Shown here: one piece after another, positions 1 to 13,601 of the stretch
Layout: every line of letters starts with the position of its first letter
How positions within the stretch are numbered: the first letter of the stretch is position 1
NCBI GenBank assembly: GCA_048772705.1
Contig: JBLWGC010000202.1
Location: 186,001-250,000, forward strand
Direction: 5' to 3'
Source of the DNA: Leidyana gryllorum EB-2025a
Lineage: Eukaryota; Protista; Apicomplexa
Length of the DNA: 64,000 nt
The notes under the pieces: model-generated
The model's database searches: none
Seen by the model: the letters and a program-made list of their open reading frames with translations, nothing else
What the model was told of the DNA's origin: nothing
Made by a program: the position numbers and the translations under genes

Positions 1-403
1 GTTTCCATTCGTCACACTTCTTGCACCATCGCATAGGTGGTTTCAGGTTGGACGGTGAAGGCGAGCTTACAACTGCCGCCAAACCGCGATCAGAGGAGCG
101 AGGCAGGTACCCGGGTTCGATCAGGGCGGTCGCTGCGTGTGCCCACAGAGCCATAATTGCCAATACGCCAAACAGAACGCTCAGAACCACTTTGAGCGCC
201 AGCGGCCTACGCTACATAGCAGTGGTGGAAACGAATGGGAGGCATTACCATTGTGCGGTATATACCAGATGATAATTAACGACATATGCTGCGAATCCCA
301 CCAGCCCATAAGTCTGCGTAATTAAATGGATGGATAAGATTTCTCAACTACCACTTACGACTGTGACGGCCACGACGCCGCAGGCATCTAATAAGAAACG
401 CAT
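1..403 (-). CDS. DHHC-type palmitoyltransferase (ZDHHC3/7-like), 5' part; runs off window start
   Basis: Not in the ORF track. Spliced by eye (two short GT-AG introns): MRFLLDACGVVAVTV|TYGLVGFAAYVVNYHLVYTAQW|PLALKVVLSVLFGVLAIMALWAHAATALIEPGYLP...RWCKKCDEWK. Two TM helices, the (D/E)PG motif and the first CxxC of the DHHC cysteine-rich domain. Confidence 0.8.
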
Positions 404-433
404 CTCGTTGTGGTCACACGTGGCTATTCACAC

Positions 434-3400
434 TCATTGCTCGTTCTTCCCGCCCAAATTTTGTGTCGCTATCTGCTCACGAGCATCCGCTAGGAACTTC
501 TGAATACGAGCTTTCAGCTCCGGCTCGGGAATCAGCTCAGCTTTCGTCAACGGGGCACTGCAGAGACAGTCAGTCTTTAAGGGGCGCAAAAACATGCAAC
601 CTCACCGGTTGAAGGGATCGAACTCTTCCGACATCAAATGCCGCTCAATCACCTTCCGCTCCACAATCACACCGGAAGCGGGGAGACGCACTGGATCGGT
701 CATAATGTCGCTCATGATGGGATCCAAGAACTCATCCGGCACTTCTGTGCTCAGCATTGTGGAAGTCAACGCCTTGGACTCTGCATATTTCTCCGCACAA
801 AGCACTTCCAACGCCGCAAATTCATCCACTGCGACTTTTCCTAATATACCCTCGCGACGGAGAATCTTCACCGCTTTGGCAAACAGCTCCGGCTTATAGT
901 ACCGCTCCTCATCGACGATTTGACTGGCAACCTGCGCTTGACTCTCAGCTGCAAACAAAGATGGCTCATAAGAGAAAGAACAGAAGATTCTAGACACTCA
1001 TCACACACCATTCACACCACTCAGACTCACCGTCTTTTCCAGCGAGGGCACAATATACCAAACACAGACTGGCGAGCAGTTCTCTCGGCTTGAAATTATA
1101 TGCTGCAAAGTTAGACACCTTGAGCTCCAAGCATCTGGGCCCGACCAAACTATTCATACAGCTGTTCAGATACAAGACGAGCTGTTGACTGAGCACTTCG
1201 GATCGTCGAATGAAATCAGCGGAGTGCGGCATCAGCTTTTTGAGTACTTCCAGACTCACATATCCTCCATCCATCAGACTCTTGCAGTGGCTGATCAGTT
1301 CCTCCATAGGCATTTCGGAAACGTTCCGATTCCCTTCCAACGCTTCGGCCATGTTGTCCTCCTCATTTGAGCCGTCCTCCCGTTGCTGATCTTCGTTCGC
1401 GGCCCGATGTCTGGCACGATCTCTTAAGGCATCGATCTGAGTTTGCTGCGTGCCTCCATTTTCGCTGGCTGAATTTGCCGGCGGGTTGGCCTCTTTCTTC
1501 TTGATTTCTGCCAGAGAAGTCAAACCCTCTTCCAAAACCCAACTCGCGTTGCTCCCAAAGTAGTGAAGGAACCTTTCAAATACCTCCGGATCGGACACAC
1601 TCAGATGTTTCATCTTCTGAATAAAGTCGGGATCATCCAACAAACGCTGCAGCTCTCGAGTTAACACCAGTCTCATCTCAATTCGTTGATAGTAGGTGGC
1701 TGTTGAGAGATGCATCGTCGTCTCGTACGCTTTTCAGACGGAGATCTCACCTTTGTGGCACTCGATGAAGCTCACTACCAGTGCCTGTGCCAGGTGCTGG
1801 CTGAACGACCACGTTCGTGTCATCGTCTCCGATAGGTGTTTGGGGATGGAGAGTGCCAACAAGTTGTGGCCCGCCGCTTCCAACTTGAGAGAATGGTGGA
1901 TGAAACGGTGGGGATCTATAAGGATGAAGATCATCGCCCCCGCAAGGAGCTCTGCAGTTGGTGGAACGAACAGTCGATCAGCACGCCGCATGTTCTCCTA
2001 CAAAGGCATCGCCGAAAGAGATGTGAATCTTCTCACTTACGCTCTCCAGCGGTTGGAAAGAGTGTGATGCGAGTAGAAATAGCATTTTGGATATGGTAAC
2101 GAACATGTCGTTAAAGTAGATGGCGGGGAGAGCAGCGAACTGCGGGGGTGCTTTCGAGCTGCGTGGCACCATATCCTGCGACCGACCGAAGAGGGTAAAC
2201 ATTTCGCCGTCACTGTCCTCACCTGAGTGACACCGAGGGTAGAAAGAGTGGTACAGCGTGTGATAGATTCATCATCAGCGAAGCCAAGCTGTTGACCCTT
2301 CTCGTCGAAGCCAAAGGCCGCATACAAAAGTACCCCGCTGGCCAGAAGAGCCAAATGGCTGAACGACTCAGCCAGTTGATCGTTGGCCAAAACCGCAGTC
2401 CAACAAAGATCCTCCTGCGGGTCCGGGCTACGCTCCTCATTAGACGATCTATGCTTTGCCTCAAAGTGATTGAAGGCTGGCAGTATAAAGATATGTGCAG
2501 ATTTGAGAGCGAGCCAGAAGATCTGTGTGGTGAACTTCACACTTGGGGGCCCATTGTGGCTGCGACGATTTGAAGATCCGAATACCACGACGTGTCTGCC
2601 TCTCACCATTCTTTGTCCACCAATTCGGACACGTTGGAATCTTCGTCGCTGAAGCGACCCTCGTCTTTGATGCTCTCCCCCAAAAGAGTTTCCGACGGAT
2701 ATTTCCGACAGATGGCGGGATATAGAAGGTTCAGATCAGTTCTGCACACACAGGTCGATCTCAGGCGGCGTCAGAAAGGAAGCTTACACTTTAGACAAAG
2801 CAACTGGGTCGCACAGTTTGAGCAGTACCATTGCGACGTTGAGCCCAAAGCCGGTCGTACATAGGCCTTGTGATCGCAGGGCGAGCACCTCGAAGGGACC
2901 CATGGAGTTGAAGAGGGCAGTGAGCTGTCGGAAGCCGAGAGTGCCAAAGGCCCTATTACGTTCCAAAGCCTCAGCAAACCATTGGAGAGCAGTATCTTTC
3001 ACTGCACCGCCACACTTGAGGAGGATTTTGACTATCTGTACAATTTGGTCGAGGATAGCGTTCCACTCCGATTTGGCTCGATTCAACATAGCCAACACCC
3101 CGGAGGCCGTACCTCGGAGACACCCTGAGAAGTAATGGTCCGAGGCCGGTTGAAACTGTTGAGCGAGAATGACGAACGAAATGGCTGCGGAGACGGCGTA
3201 CCGTCTGGGGTTCGTCAGCCGTTTGGATTCGATCCAAGGGTGTGGGGCGGAGTAGACGGCCGAAGAAACTGTCGACCATTAGATGCCACCCGCCTTTACT
3301 CATCATATTATTGGGATTTGGCGGTAGAAAGTAGGGTTGCTTTACCAGACATCGGGCTGAACAGCGAGGGTGAGTAGACTAAGCTTGAGAGTTACGTAAT

Positions 3401-4467
3401 TACCAAATTCCGGGCAGAAGGCGAGACTGTTGTGCAGCGCTTGGACCTCCGTTTGGAGTGGGTGACACATCCGGCGGCCTTTGAGATTCTCATAGAACCA
3501 GTCACACACTGGCTTTAGGAGGAACTCCTCAAGGCCGTCCGTCTGCCATTCTTCTGTCAGTGCTTTGATCAATTCATTGGTGAAATTGGGAATAGGCGAG
3601 CTGAACAGGGCCATCCAATTCGCAGCTTTCGAGGCATCGCTCATCGGACCACAACCAGTGAAGAAGTCCGGACAAGTGAGTCGCAAGGCGGCAGTGTTCA
3701 CAGCCAATCGTTGGATGAATTCCAAGGCAGCATCCAAATCCACTGCCTCAACCTCCGCGCTGCTATCGACTATCCGCTGCGCAATTCGCTCCGCGACCAG
3801 GCTGCATCACACATCGAGTCATTCGTTACACACCCAGACACTCTCACTGTTTACTGTATCCTTTGGGTTCTGCGCGCGTATACACGAGTCCCAGGCACTG
3901 CAGAAACGTCTCGGGATGTTTGATCGCCTGTTTCTGACAGAGCATCGTGAAGACTTGCTCCATGTTATCGATATTCAGATAGCTGAAGATCGTGTAACGG
4001 TCAATAGTCATCGAACACAAGTCAAACACTCACTTCACACCGTCGATAGACTCCTGCTCAGACGTGGCAACTTCATCGAGAAAGTCGGAGATGGGGCAAA
4101 CAAAGGTGCAGGGCGGCGGTAGCTGCTGCGGAGACAGCCAAACGGACGCCCTGTTTGGTCGGGCTACGTCCATGCTACGACTGTATGCATTCTCTCCTAC
4201 ATCGCGGTACAGAATGCAACTTGACAGCAACTGCAGCTTACGGAAAGCTTTAGAGTGAGCAGGAGAGAGTTCATTTGTGTTCACAGTGTCTGTCCAACGG
4301 AGCCCCAACACCCATTCTAGAAAAGCTTGAACCAGTTGGGCTTGCCTCAGCCGGGGGTCAACGACCACTGGAGCGCCGTCGGCTTTGACACTTCTCACAC
4401 TCCTCGACTCCACAGAACGCTCAGACTCAGATTGACAAGACGCATAATCCCTCGATGATGTGGCCAT
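434..4467 (-). CDS. UFD2: Ubiquitin conjugation factor E4 (UFD2/UBE4), multi-exon
   Basis: C-terminal U-box [24 protein letters not shown]...[15 protein letters not shown]|APL; Ufd2-core motifs [33 protein letters not shown]. Last intron 558-605, stop at 434-436. Internal exon boundaries only partly resolved. Confidence 0.9.
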
Positions 4468-4482
4468 TCTACTTGAAAAAAG

Positions 4483-5802
4483 TCAACTATCTACCTCCTC
4501 CTCTGACAATCGTCGGCCTCCACGGGCACGCCCGAACACCCGAGCCGCTGATGATGCAGCACTACGTGCTCCAGACGCCACTCGACTAGCTGACGGCCGA
4601 GAGGATCCACTTCCTCCAGAGGGACGAGAACTCCCACCCGGCCGACCTGGAAGGGGTCGTGACGGTCCACCAGGTCGACCACCATCACTTCCTGGGGGTC
4701 GAGGTCGGCCTCCTGGACCTCCCGGCGGCCGGCTGCCCGCCCCGCCATAGCCCGGATCACGATCACGGTCACGTGACGGTCTATTAGCCACAAGTCTGTC
4801 ATAGGTCGTCCTTCCGCGTGTCCGCGCAATGTCGTAAAGACCGCCACCGCCTCCACCTCCGCCACCTTCCTCCACATAGTCGTCATACTCATACCCACGT
4901 GGTAAGATGGAACGCGGCTCGTAGAGGCCTTCGAATGGAGCATCCTCGAACTCAAGCGCCCTATCGCCAGCCGCTAGTTCTTGGGCCGCAACTTCATGCG
5001 GATTAGCCGCATCACAGTAGATGCCGAGCCAACCAACTACATTGTCGATATCGCAAGCACCGAACTCGCCAACAGGACCTCTGTTCTTCGGCTTGCAGAT
5101 GACTTCTAACCATATGGATTCTGGGCCGAGGGTGGAAGCTAACGGAACCTCGCCACTCAGAGAAAGTAATGCTCTGGAGGTATCACGGAACTTATGGGCG
5201 TGCAGACTAATGTACCGGCCTAGGACATGAAGCCTGAACTCATACTTATCTTTGACGAACTCTTCTATGCCGAGGTCTGGACGGTAACCAACGACTCCCA
5301 TCACAGTGAACTCGACTGTATGAGCGACTGCACTGCCAGGTGGAAAGAGTGGCATGCATTGGGTGAAGTCTAGACTGGCCAAACCGAAGTTTCGTTCACT
5401 GGCACGAAGAATATCCCAAGCTTCTGGGACTACAGGGGCACGGGCATGCAGACGCTCTCGCTTGGCTCCAAAGTCCAACACAGGGTCGAGCGACTCGAAC
5501 GGCGCAACAGCCAAAGTGATCACCCTAAGCGGCACACACCATTCAGGCAGCCGACCAGTGTTTGACACTTACCCGGGGGCCAAGGGCCAACGGCCTTCAT
5601 CAGTCACTGTTATTGATTCACGGAAAGGCTCTAACCACGGATCACATGCTTGACACATAAGGGATCCAGTGCCAGTTTCGGCCAGATCCTCTTCACCGCT
5701 CGTAACCTTCGAACAGCGGAGTGACTCGCAAGCCGCTTCATCTTCGCCAAAACGAAAGGCATTGGCAATACTGAATAGGCTGAGCAGTAATGACTGGTGC
5801 AT
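4483..5802 (-). CDS. Hypothetical secreted protein with Cys-containing N-terminus and Gly/Pro/Arg/Ser-rich tail
   Basis: Signal-peptide-like MHQSLLLSLFSIANA. ORFs 5569-5802 and 4483-5568 are joined by a ~48-nt GTAAGT...TTAG intron (~5525-5572) containing the in-frame stop. Confidence 0.7.
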
Positions 5803-5857
5803 TGCCGGCCGGCTACGGACAGTGTGTGTCTCTTTGTGTCTCCGGGTGTGTGCACCT

Positions 5858-6371
5858 TTATACGAACCCGGATTTACGCCTGATCAACTCATTCTCCTCC
5901 TCCTTAGCTCTTTTCTCAGCCCGTTTAGCTTCTCGGACCGGATCGTAGTACAGAACGACCAAGTAACGTCCAGCCACATTAAAACCGCTTAGATGGTCCA
6001 CGGCGTTCTTTGCGTCGTAGACGTCATCATAAACAACGAATGCTGTTCCGCGGGTCTGTGGACTCACCCCCCTGTGGGAAGATCGATGACTCAGGGTTTA
6101 CCATTCGTGTGACTCACTTTCGAATTTGTCGAATACTGCCATACTTTCCGAATATGTCGTATAACTCGTCAGCATTGATTTTGAAGGGTAGTCCCCTCAC
6201 AAATATGATGCGATTGGCATCTTTGGGCAACTTTATTTTTGCGCGTGCGGCTGCTGACAAGGCTTGCGTGGCCGCGGCCTGTGTGGACAGACCCCCGGCG
6301 CCAGTCGGAGTCGCCCCCAGTGGGGTGCCCAAGGGGGTGGGAGCCACAGTGGCAGTAAATCCTCCAAGCAT
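5858..6371 (-). CDS. SF3B6: Splicing factor 3B subunit 6 (p14 branch-point protein)
   Basis: RRM: [32 protein letters not shown]|...[37 protein letters not shown]; one short intron. Confidence 0.95.
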
Positions 6372-6639
6372 TACTTAATTTTTTTCTCTAACCTTCACAT
6401 GCGAAGCAATTTCCAGGGTTACTGACGTGACAGAAGGAAGAAAAAGGCACAAACACTTGACAGCACTGGAGCTCTCCGAGCGTGTGTGTTGGCACACGCA
6501 CCTTTAGTGTCAGGACGAGGGAAGCTGGGAATGTTGGCGCAGATTGGCCAGCAACCTTCTTTCAACTTGGAAGACAAAATACCGCCCCATAACAGTGCAC
6601 AGGAATCAAAACGTGAACCTCAAAGCCCAAAAAGGGACG

Positions 6640-6711
6640 AGGTCGCGCTGGGAATCGAACCCAGGTCGGGAGATTCAGAGTCTCCAGTGCTAACCATTAC
6701 ACCACGCAACC
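6640..6711 (-). tRNA. tRNA-Gln (anticodon CUG)
   Basis: Reverse complement GGTTGCGTGGTGTAATGGTTAGCACTGGAGACTCTGAATCTCCCGACCTGGGTTCGATTCCCAGCGCGACCT folds as a cloverleaf: anticodon arm GGAGA-CTCTGAA-TCTCC, T-loop GTTCGATTC, followed by an oligo-T Pol III terminator. Confidence 0.97.
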
Positions 6712-6943
6712 ATACCCGGGTTCAGTTGCGAATGTCGGGTTATAAACATCAATCCAAAATATACCGCTTCATTTGGCGCTCTCGGCAACGCCACCAGGCA
6801 TACGTAATTTTATCAACGATGACAGTGCAAAATGCATTCCGCACACTGCATCGCGCGCGGCACCTACGCACACCAATGACGGAGTCTTTCGGGTGGCGTC
6901 TAGATCACGTAGAGACATTTAGTGACGTGAGATTACTTCCTTC

Positions 6944-8468
6944 TTAGACCAACTGCCGCATTCGGTAGTCGAACAAGTGATGATCAAATCTCCCATGTAG
7001 ATGAATATCCTTCCAAGCCGCACCCACAGTGTCCACGAAAGCTCTCCGTGACATACCTTCAGTAATTCTATGCCGAGGTACTACGACTCCTTGTTTCAGA
7101 CTGCACAGAATCACCAGGAGATCATCGTTGTACCAGTACCTCAGTAAGTGGCGCTTAAGATCGTTCCTTTCTTTCGTTCTCTCCGGCCAACAGCTCTTTT
7201 CTATCCTTAACACCAAAACCCAGGCCTCCTCGGGAGCCCGGCATGAAAATTCACTCCACGCCCGTCTCAGCATTCGTTCGACTTCGGCCATATGTTTAAC
7301 TGCAAACAATGAATAACGTTGGAGAAACGATTGATCCACGAAAGTGCACTGTGGTAATATACACCTTCACTGCATCACATACACGGCCAGGCACACAAGT
7401 CGAAAGACTCAGAAGTTAAAGAATTGATGCTCTACTGTGGCACTCTCACAGACAGACATTCACAATCTGTAGGGGCAGTGTCTTGAGTGCACCTAGTGGT
7501 TGTGCTAATTGATAGCCAGTGTCTGCATGGTGCACCAGCATCCCGCCCAGTATCACTGTGGGCATAGTGCAAAGCGACTCACGCACACCCTTGCATTCGC
7601 ACTGTGCTGTGCATCGTTGATCAGAAATGCCGGGTGCAGTACGCATTGAATTTGCACACATTGTCATGAACATGAATGGCTTTGGGCCAATTTTGTGACA
7701 ACAAGCACGTGACCCTTTTCGGAGATGTTGATTGACAGACAGAGTTGGGTGGTGAGTGGCTGACTGACTGACCCATAGCACTATCGTAATCATTGATCCA
7801 TATTTCTTGGTCTTCATCTTCACCACCCGAGGATCTGGAGCGTTCATAAGTCCAGCTGGTGGCGGATGGGAAGTGCTCGAGGGGATTCGAGAAGTCGAGG
7901 CTGCCTCTGTTGTGCCAGTGGAAGAAGCTCTTAATTCTGTTCCGGTGTCGTCCTTTGACCCGAGGTTTAGGTACCTCATCGACAAGATTGGAAAGCGTAG
8001 CGAACTCATCCCTGGTGACGACGCGTAGAGGTTTGACGGCAGTTCGGTCTCCCAGTTCATACATAAGGATCAGATTAGGCGTCCTGCTATTATACTTGCG
8101 ATATCGATGAATGGAGCACATTATGGCCCTGATGAGTCGGTGGTCCCAGATTTGGTGATCGTGGAGGACGACGTAGTCACTGACATTAACGACGAAGTCG
8201 ATCCACTCTTGTCTGAGCTACAAGAAGACACACTGAGAAAGTCACAAAGCCGGGCTGCGCGTACTGCTGCTGGCTCAAACTTGAGCTCGAGTCGTAGCTC
8301 CGGTTCTTTGCCCGTCTCTCGGCGCCAGGAGGTTGCGAGAGACACCCCTTTTTCGGGGCCGTCTGGGAGGGGCAGGAAGGAGGCGCAGGTTCTTGGCATT
8401 GGCTGCGCCAAGTTGGGGCCCAGTCGAGTTACTACTTGACGAACATCGAACAGTGTCACCGCGGACAT
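6944..8468 (-). CDS. Hypothetical protein, multi-exon
   Basis: Exon from ATG 8468 splices via a 47-nt GTACGC...TGTAG intron in frame into the 7621-8121 reading frame (LRQEWIDFVVNV...MCSIHRY). The link to ORF 6944-7339 across a TGCA-rich interval is presumed, not resolved. The ATG overlaps the RIO2 3' end. Confidence 0.45.
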
Positions 8469-9685
8469 TCCTTCTTCAATTTTGCATCAAAGATTTCAGT
8501 CTCTGCACTCTCTTCATCCTGTGACGAAGAGCTATCCCCATCTTCCTCTGCTGAAGAGTGCTGTTCGCTGTCGCTGCCGCTGTCGCTGTGGCTGCCGCTG
8601 TCAGTGTCTACCCCAGCCTCTTGTAGCAGGGCCTCCAACTCTTCATAGTCCCCGCCCACCGCTATGCGGTGCTTTTGCTGTTTGGCCTCCTCAAAAAGCT
8701 CAGCAGACACTATCTCGCGAAAGCTGTGTGATACAACGGTAATGAACGAATAGAGGTGTCACCCGATTTCAGTCTCACCTCGGCAGCTTCTCAATGTGGT
8801 AATCGAAGCGTTTGGCGAAAAAGGATTGGATGGATGAGCTATCCCGGTCGAAGAGTTCCTCTGCGTTCGGGTGGGCCACATTTACGATCTGTGGGAAGTC
8901 TGCGAGCGACGAATACTGAATATATCACCCCCGAAGCCGATCCTCCACTCACCGATCAATGTTATCCCGCCCTTCCTGTCAACAATTAGATTAAACTCGT
9001 TAAAGTCCCCATGTACCACTCCCGCTTGTGCCAACTGCACCAGCAATGCCAGCAGGGCATCTGCTAACGGTTGTGGCCCGGTCTCTAATTCTCGGATCTG
9101 ATTCAGCAGTGTGCCATTCGCGTACGTCATGAGTACGACGTGACGGTCGTAGTCAATGGGCTGGGGAGTGGGAAACTGTGCGGACTTTAGGGCCTTGAGA
9201 TAGTCGTACTCGCGCTGTGCACTGAGCTTGGAGAAGTGCATCCAACTGTGAGCCCCCTGGCCTTTGCGGAGGTAATTACGTCGAGTTTTCACTGCTCGAA
9301 AACTTGTGCGGCCCAGCCGATGCAGCTTGAGGGCCAACTTTTGCCCATCTTTATAACACACGTGGACATCGGCTTCTTTTCCCACCCCTATCCGCGGACC
9401 GATACTGTCCACGAGACCTCGACGCAATAAGTGATTGATTGCCAGATAGTCATAGCCCAAGAACGTGAGACGGTAACCCTGGTTTGCCTTCTGTTCGTAG
9501 CAAACGAGTTTGTATTTCATGAGGTTCCCAAGCAACCGAAACATCCCGGCCGTCCTTAGCTTCGCAATTGCGGCCACTTGACCCACAGGGACATACTCGT
9601 GGTTGCGCATCCCCTTTTCCAAAGCAAGCAACGCCCGCCAGTCATCCTTCGAGAGGAACTTGAGGGCACTCAGGTCCAATTGCAT
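8456..9685 (-). CDS. RIO2: Serine/threonine kinase RIO2 (pre-40S maturation)
   Basis: Winged-helix N-terminus (GMRNHEYVP, GYRLTFLGYDYLA), GVGKEADV, LKLHRLGRTSF, HGDFNEFN, spliced ID|FPQ; two introns link to the acidic tail ORF 8456-8710. Confidence 0.95.
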
Positions 9686-9717
9686 TGACTAATTTTTTTT
9701 TCCGCGACCATGCCCAG

Positions 9718-12700
9718 ATGATGGACCCCGATGTCAGAGCCTTCTGCTTTGCCCTCAGCTACAACGCTGTCGTGCTCGTCGTTGCGCTCATCGCCTGGAT
9801 CTGGGCTATCAGGCGGATCAGGAGGGATGCCTTCCGGCCAAGTATGTAAATCTCACAGTTGATATACTGTTCCTCTTCTGCCGATATTTAGATCCTCGCA
9901 AACGGAAAGACCATCTCCGCATTACTGCTCTGCGCTCAGACTCTTTGACCATCACTATCGATGAGTCCACCCTTCTCTCCTCCCTTGAACTTGCCTCCTC
10001 ACAACCAGCGACCTCCGATCGGTCGGGCGGCTGGACCAGCTGCCTTCCGTCCTGCCAGTGGCTTCAGTAAGCCCCGTTTCTCAATGACCCCCCAACTCCA
10101 GATCTATCTTGCGGCAGACAGCTGTGGTGTTGGGAAATAGACAAATTCGCCTCCACCGATGTGTATCTTTATCTCCTCTTCCTCAAATACTCAGCTTGCC
10201 TCTTCCTACTGGGTGAGTGGAGCGAGCCACTTGCGAGAGTGGCTCCCGTTGCCGCTTCTGACACAAACTATCAATCAGTTACGTTGCTAACCATCGGAGT
10301 CGCATTCCCGGTCACCTACACAGCCCAATCGATCAACACTGCCAGTACCATTCCTCGCCCGAAAAGCTTCTTTGAGCGTGCCGTCATCACTAACATACCG
10401 AGCAATGACTCGCGGCGTCTTTGGGTCATTTATGTGAGTATATACACGGCGTGTCTATCCGATCGAAAGTGTGTGTATCCCTTGTTCCGCACGCGTATGT
10501 CACTGTAAACATGGCATTTCCCCTTAATTGTTACCTCCGCCTCAGGCCCTGGTTTTTGCCATTGCAGGAATAGCCCTGTACATAACATGGTGTTTCTACT
10601 TGCTTGTGCGGTCGGATGAGTTTCGAGCTGCTAATGCTCCGAAGCGCAAACATCGACAATCTCGGAATCGCTTCCTGCCGAGCAAGCACAGTGTACAGCT
10701 AGTTGGCCTGGATCGTCATTTGTTGGACGCCAGTGCAATTCGTCGAGCACTTCTGCATTTCTACACGGAGGAAGAGATTGTTGCGGTCCACATCGTGATG
10801 GACCACAGTGAGGCTCTGGCAGCCCATCGGGCATTCCAAGAATATTTGTCAAAACTGCTTGATGCACAACGCCAGCACACCAATGCTACCGGACATATGC
10901 CCTCTCAGCCCCAACAAACGCAACCGCAGGCACGAGATCTATCCTCTCGTCCGGGAAGCCACGCTGGGGGTTGGGCGATACGGCTACCGTCACTGGATCA
11001 TCCGTCGCCGATAGTGCTCATGTCTAACGAGACTCCCCGTCGAGGACCCTCTTGGCGGCATCAAGATTTGAATGAGCCGCTTCTGGAATCATGGAATCTA
11101 CACAGTTTCGGAGGGGTCGGCGGCGATGTGCGCAAGCCGCTCAATCTGAATCCTTGGACGAGTCCATTCAAACGGGCGAACTCCCCTTATCCGCCTCTGG
11201 GGCGAGGCAACACCGCCACCGTTCAGCAGCGCGGGGGCGAGTCCTCTTCCAGCAGTGGGACCAGCGAGGATTTCACGAGCAGCAGCTCCAATTCCCAGAT
11301 GCAGACCATTAGCCGAAACGGAGGAGGTCCCGGTGGTGACGAAAGTCTCGACGGGAGTGAAGCCGGTGCGAGACCGCTTCAGCTAACTCTCCCGTCAGCT
11401 ACTCCCGCTCCCTCGGCTCCGACTCTGCTGCCGCTGCAACTGGAGAGCGTCAAAGAAGGTCAAGAGGAGACAGCCACGGACGGACAGGAGAATGCCGAAG
11501 TCGATTTGGAAGCACTTCCGGTCCACCGATGGCCGTCACCAATGCATCCGAACCTCATTGACCCCGAACCCGCGTCGAAAGAGAGTCGGCGAAGTCTCTT
11601 GCGGTGCGGGCGAAGAAGACGAAACACGCAGGTAACACCTTCCCGCCTCCTTGAAAGGTATCAGGCTCGCCACGCACAGGAGAAGGTCAACCATTGGGAG
11701 GCAAAAGTGCTCAGTCAATACTCGGTACTCAACCGGATAAAGGGAAGAGCTCCAACCCGGAATGTGGGGATGGCCTTTGTGTCGTTTCTTCACCAGGAGG
11801 CGGCTCGGTTCGCATTGAGCCACGACTTTGGCGATCCCTCCTGTCCAATATTCCGAACCCGACATGTCGAGGACTGCGTGGACGAGGCGGCTGAAGCTGA
11901 CGAGGTGTGTCGTATATGTGGGGGTGAGGGAGGGCGCCATGTGTGCAAGAAGGATCGATGGAATCCGCGCTGGAAGATTCGTGAAGCTCCTCCACCTGAA
12001 GACATTATCTGGGAAAACGCCCATATCTCAAACGTCGGAAGGTTCTGTCGTCGAGTGTTCGCCAATCTATTGATTTTCATCCTGTCTCTGATTCTCACCT
12101 CCTCAGCTTTGGCCGCAGATGCACTGAATCCCTTCGCACAGCACATCGAAGATATGCTCCAGAAGGTGTCATTCCTCCGGATGTCTGTATCGGGATGGAT
12201 TGCGCCTCTGTTCCTCTACGCCATCAACGTTCTGGTGCTGCCACTCCTAGTTGCCTGGGCAGCTAACACTTCAAAGTGAGTTAGTTCAGTCGCGGATTGG
12301 TGTATGTGGCAGAGACATTGGAGTAATTCCAATCTGCTGAACGTTACTGCTGTATGACCAGTGGCTGTGACAATGTTTTTGTTCACAGGTTCTGGAGGAA
12401 CAGCGCCCGAGATCGAGCAGTGCTGCATGGCAACGTGAACTTTATGGTTCTAAACTCCATCATCTTCCCGGTTATTGGGACGACATCGATCCAGGGAACT
12501 CTGCTGTTCCTCTATAAGACCCGTGTGGCGAATCTGTTCACTGTTTTGGGCCAATTAGTTGCAGGAGCCTCGGGGTCCTTCATGACCCGCTACGTTCTCA
12601 ATGCCGCATTTATCAATTCGTCATTTCAATTGCTGCAACTACCAATGTTTTCGCAACAACGAGTCCTTGTCAAGTTAGGGAAGAAAGCTACCCGCTGGCA

Positions 12701-13601
12701 GTTTGACTTTGGCTACTGGTAAGAAAGAACCCGACACGTCTTCTCCCCCACTGCTCACTATCATTTCTCACTTAGGTACGCATTCCACCTGTCGCTCTTG
12801 GCGCTGTGTTTGACGTTCTCGGTCGACATTCCTCTGGTTCCGGCTCTGGGCTGTCTGTTCTTTGTAGCCAAATACTGGGTGGACAAGTACAACTTCACGT
12901 TCGCGGTATGGAAGGTGACATCCGAGTCCGCTGGAGCTGTAGCCTCCACGGTGGTATCGTTCATGTGTGGATTTGTTTCATTCTTTCTGGTGAGTGTAGA
13001 GGAGGCACCGGTGTTTGTGACGGCCGATCTGGTCCGATCTGAATTTTTACATTCTGAATCGATTCCATTCTCAGCTGGTGATGGCGAGTTACTTTGTTGC
13101 CATCGGAGTTCACGCTGCCAGTGTTATCCGGGGAGTGCCGGCCCAGTTACCGCCTATAAATCATGCGGCGTTATTCGACGATGATGAACCTCGGGAGCTG
13201 CAGGGCATCCCGATACCCGATTCACGAGAGCCGCGGGCTTTGGTGATCGGCGGGATCGTTTTACTGACGTGTAGCGTGATCTTATTCCTCATAACGTTCG
13301 GCGAAAGAGCCCAACGGAGCATTATAGATCGTCACGCCGGGAAGGTTCGGCGTATTGGTCGCGCTATGTGGGTAAGTCCGCGCAAGACCTCTCCATAAGT
13401 ATGGCTGAACTATCATCTTCACCCCTTTCGCAGACGTATGCAGCTCGCAAGTTGGCAGAGTGGAATGTTCACGTTCCCCGCCGCACAGTTGTGGAGACCG
13501 GTCTGACATCCCCCGAGTTGACTCGAACAGAGTTGGACGAGTTGCGGCGAGCTTATGCACATCCATATGAGCGAGATGATCCGCAAGGGGACACCTTGTA
13601 A
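9718..13601 (+). CDS. OSCA/TMEM63 (CSC1-like) mechanosensitive/osmosensitive cation channel, multi-exon
   Basis: N-terminal TM, DVYLYLLFLK, GMAFVSF, EAPPPEDIIWEN, FDFGYW|YA, KYWVDKYN motifs of the RSN1_TM/PHM7_cyt/RSN1_7TM architecture. Confidence 0.88.

Noticed and set aside
5525-5572. Two abutting in-frame ORFs separated by one TAA, suggesting stop read-through or recoding
   Set aside because: The stop lies in the GTAAGT donor of a canonical ~48-nt intron; other genes end normally in TAA/TAG/TGA.
6640-6711. Possible suppressor or selenocysteine tRNA (TTCAGA on the + strand)
   Set aside because: The cloverleaf is on the minus strand with loop CTCTGAA, i.e. ordinary Gln-CUG.
8800-8830. Suspected frameshift in RIO2 exon 2
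   Set aside because: Recounting the five-base run gives an intact SFFAKRFDY frame.
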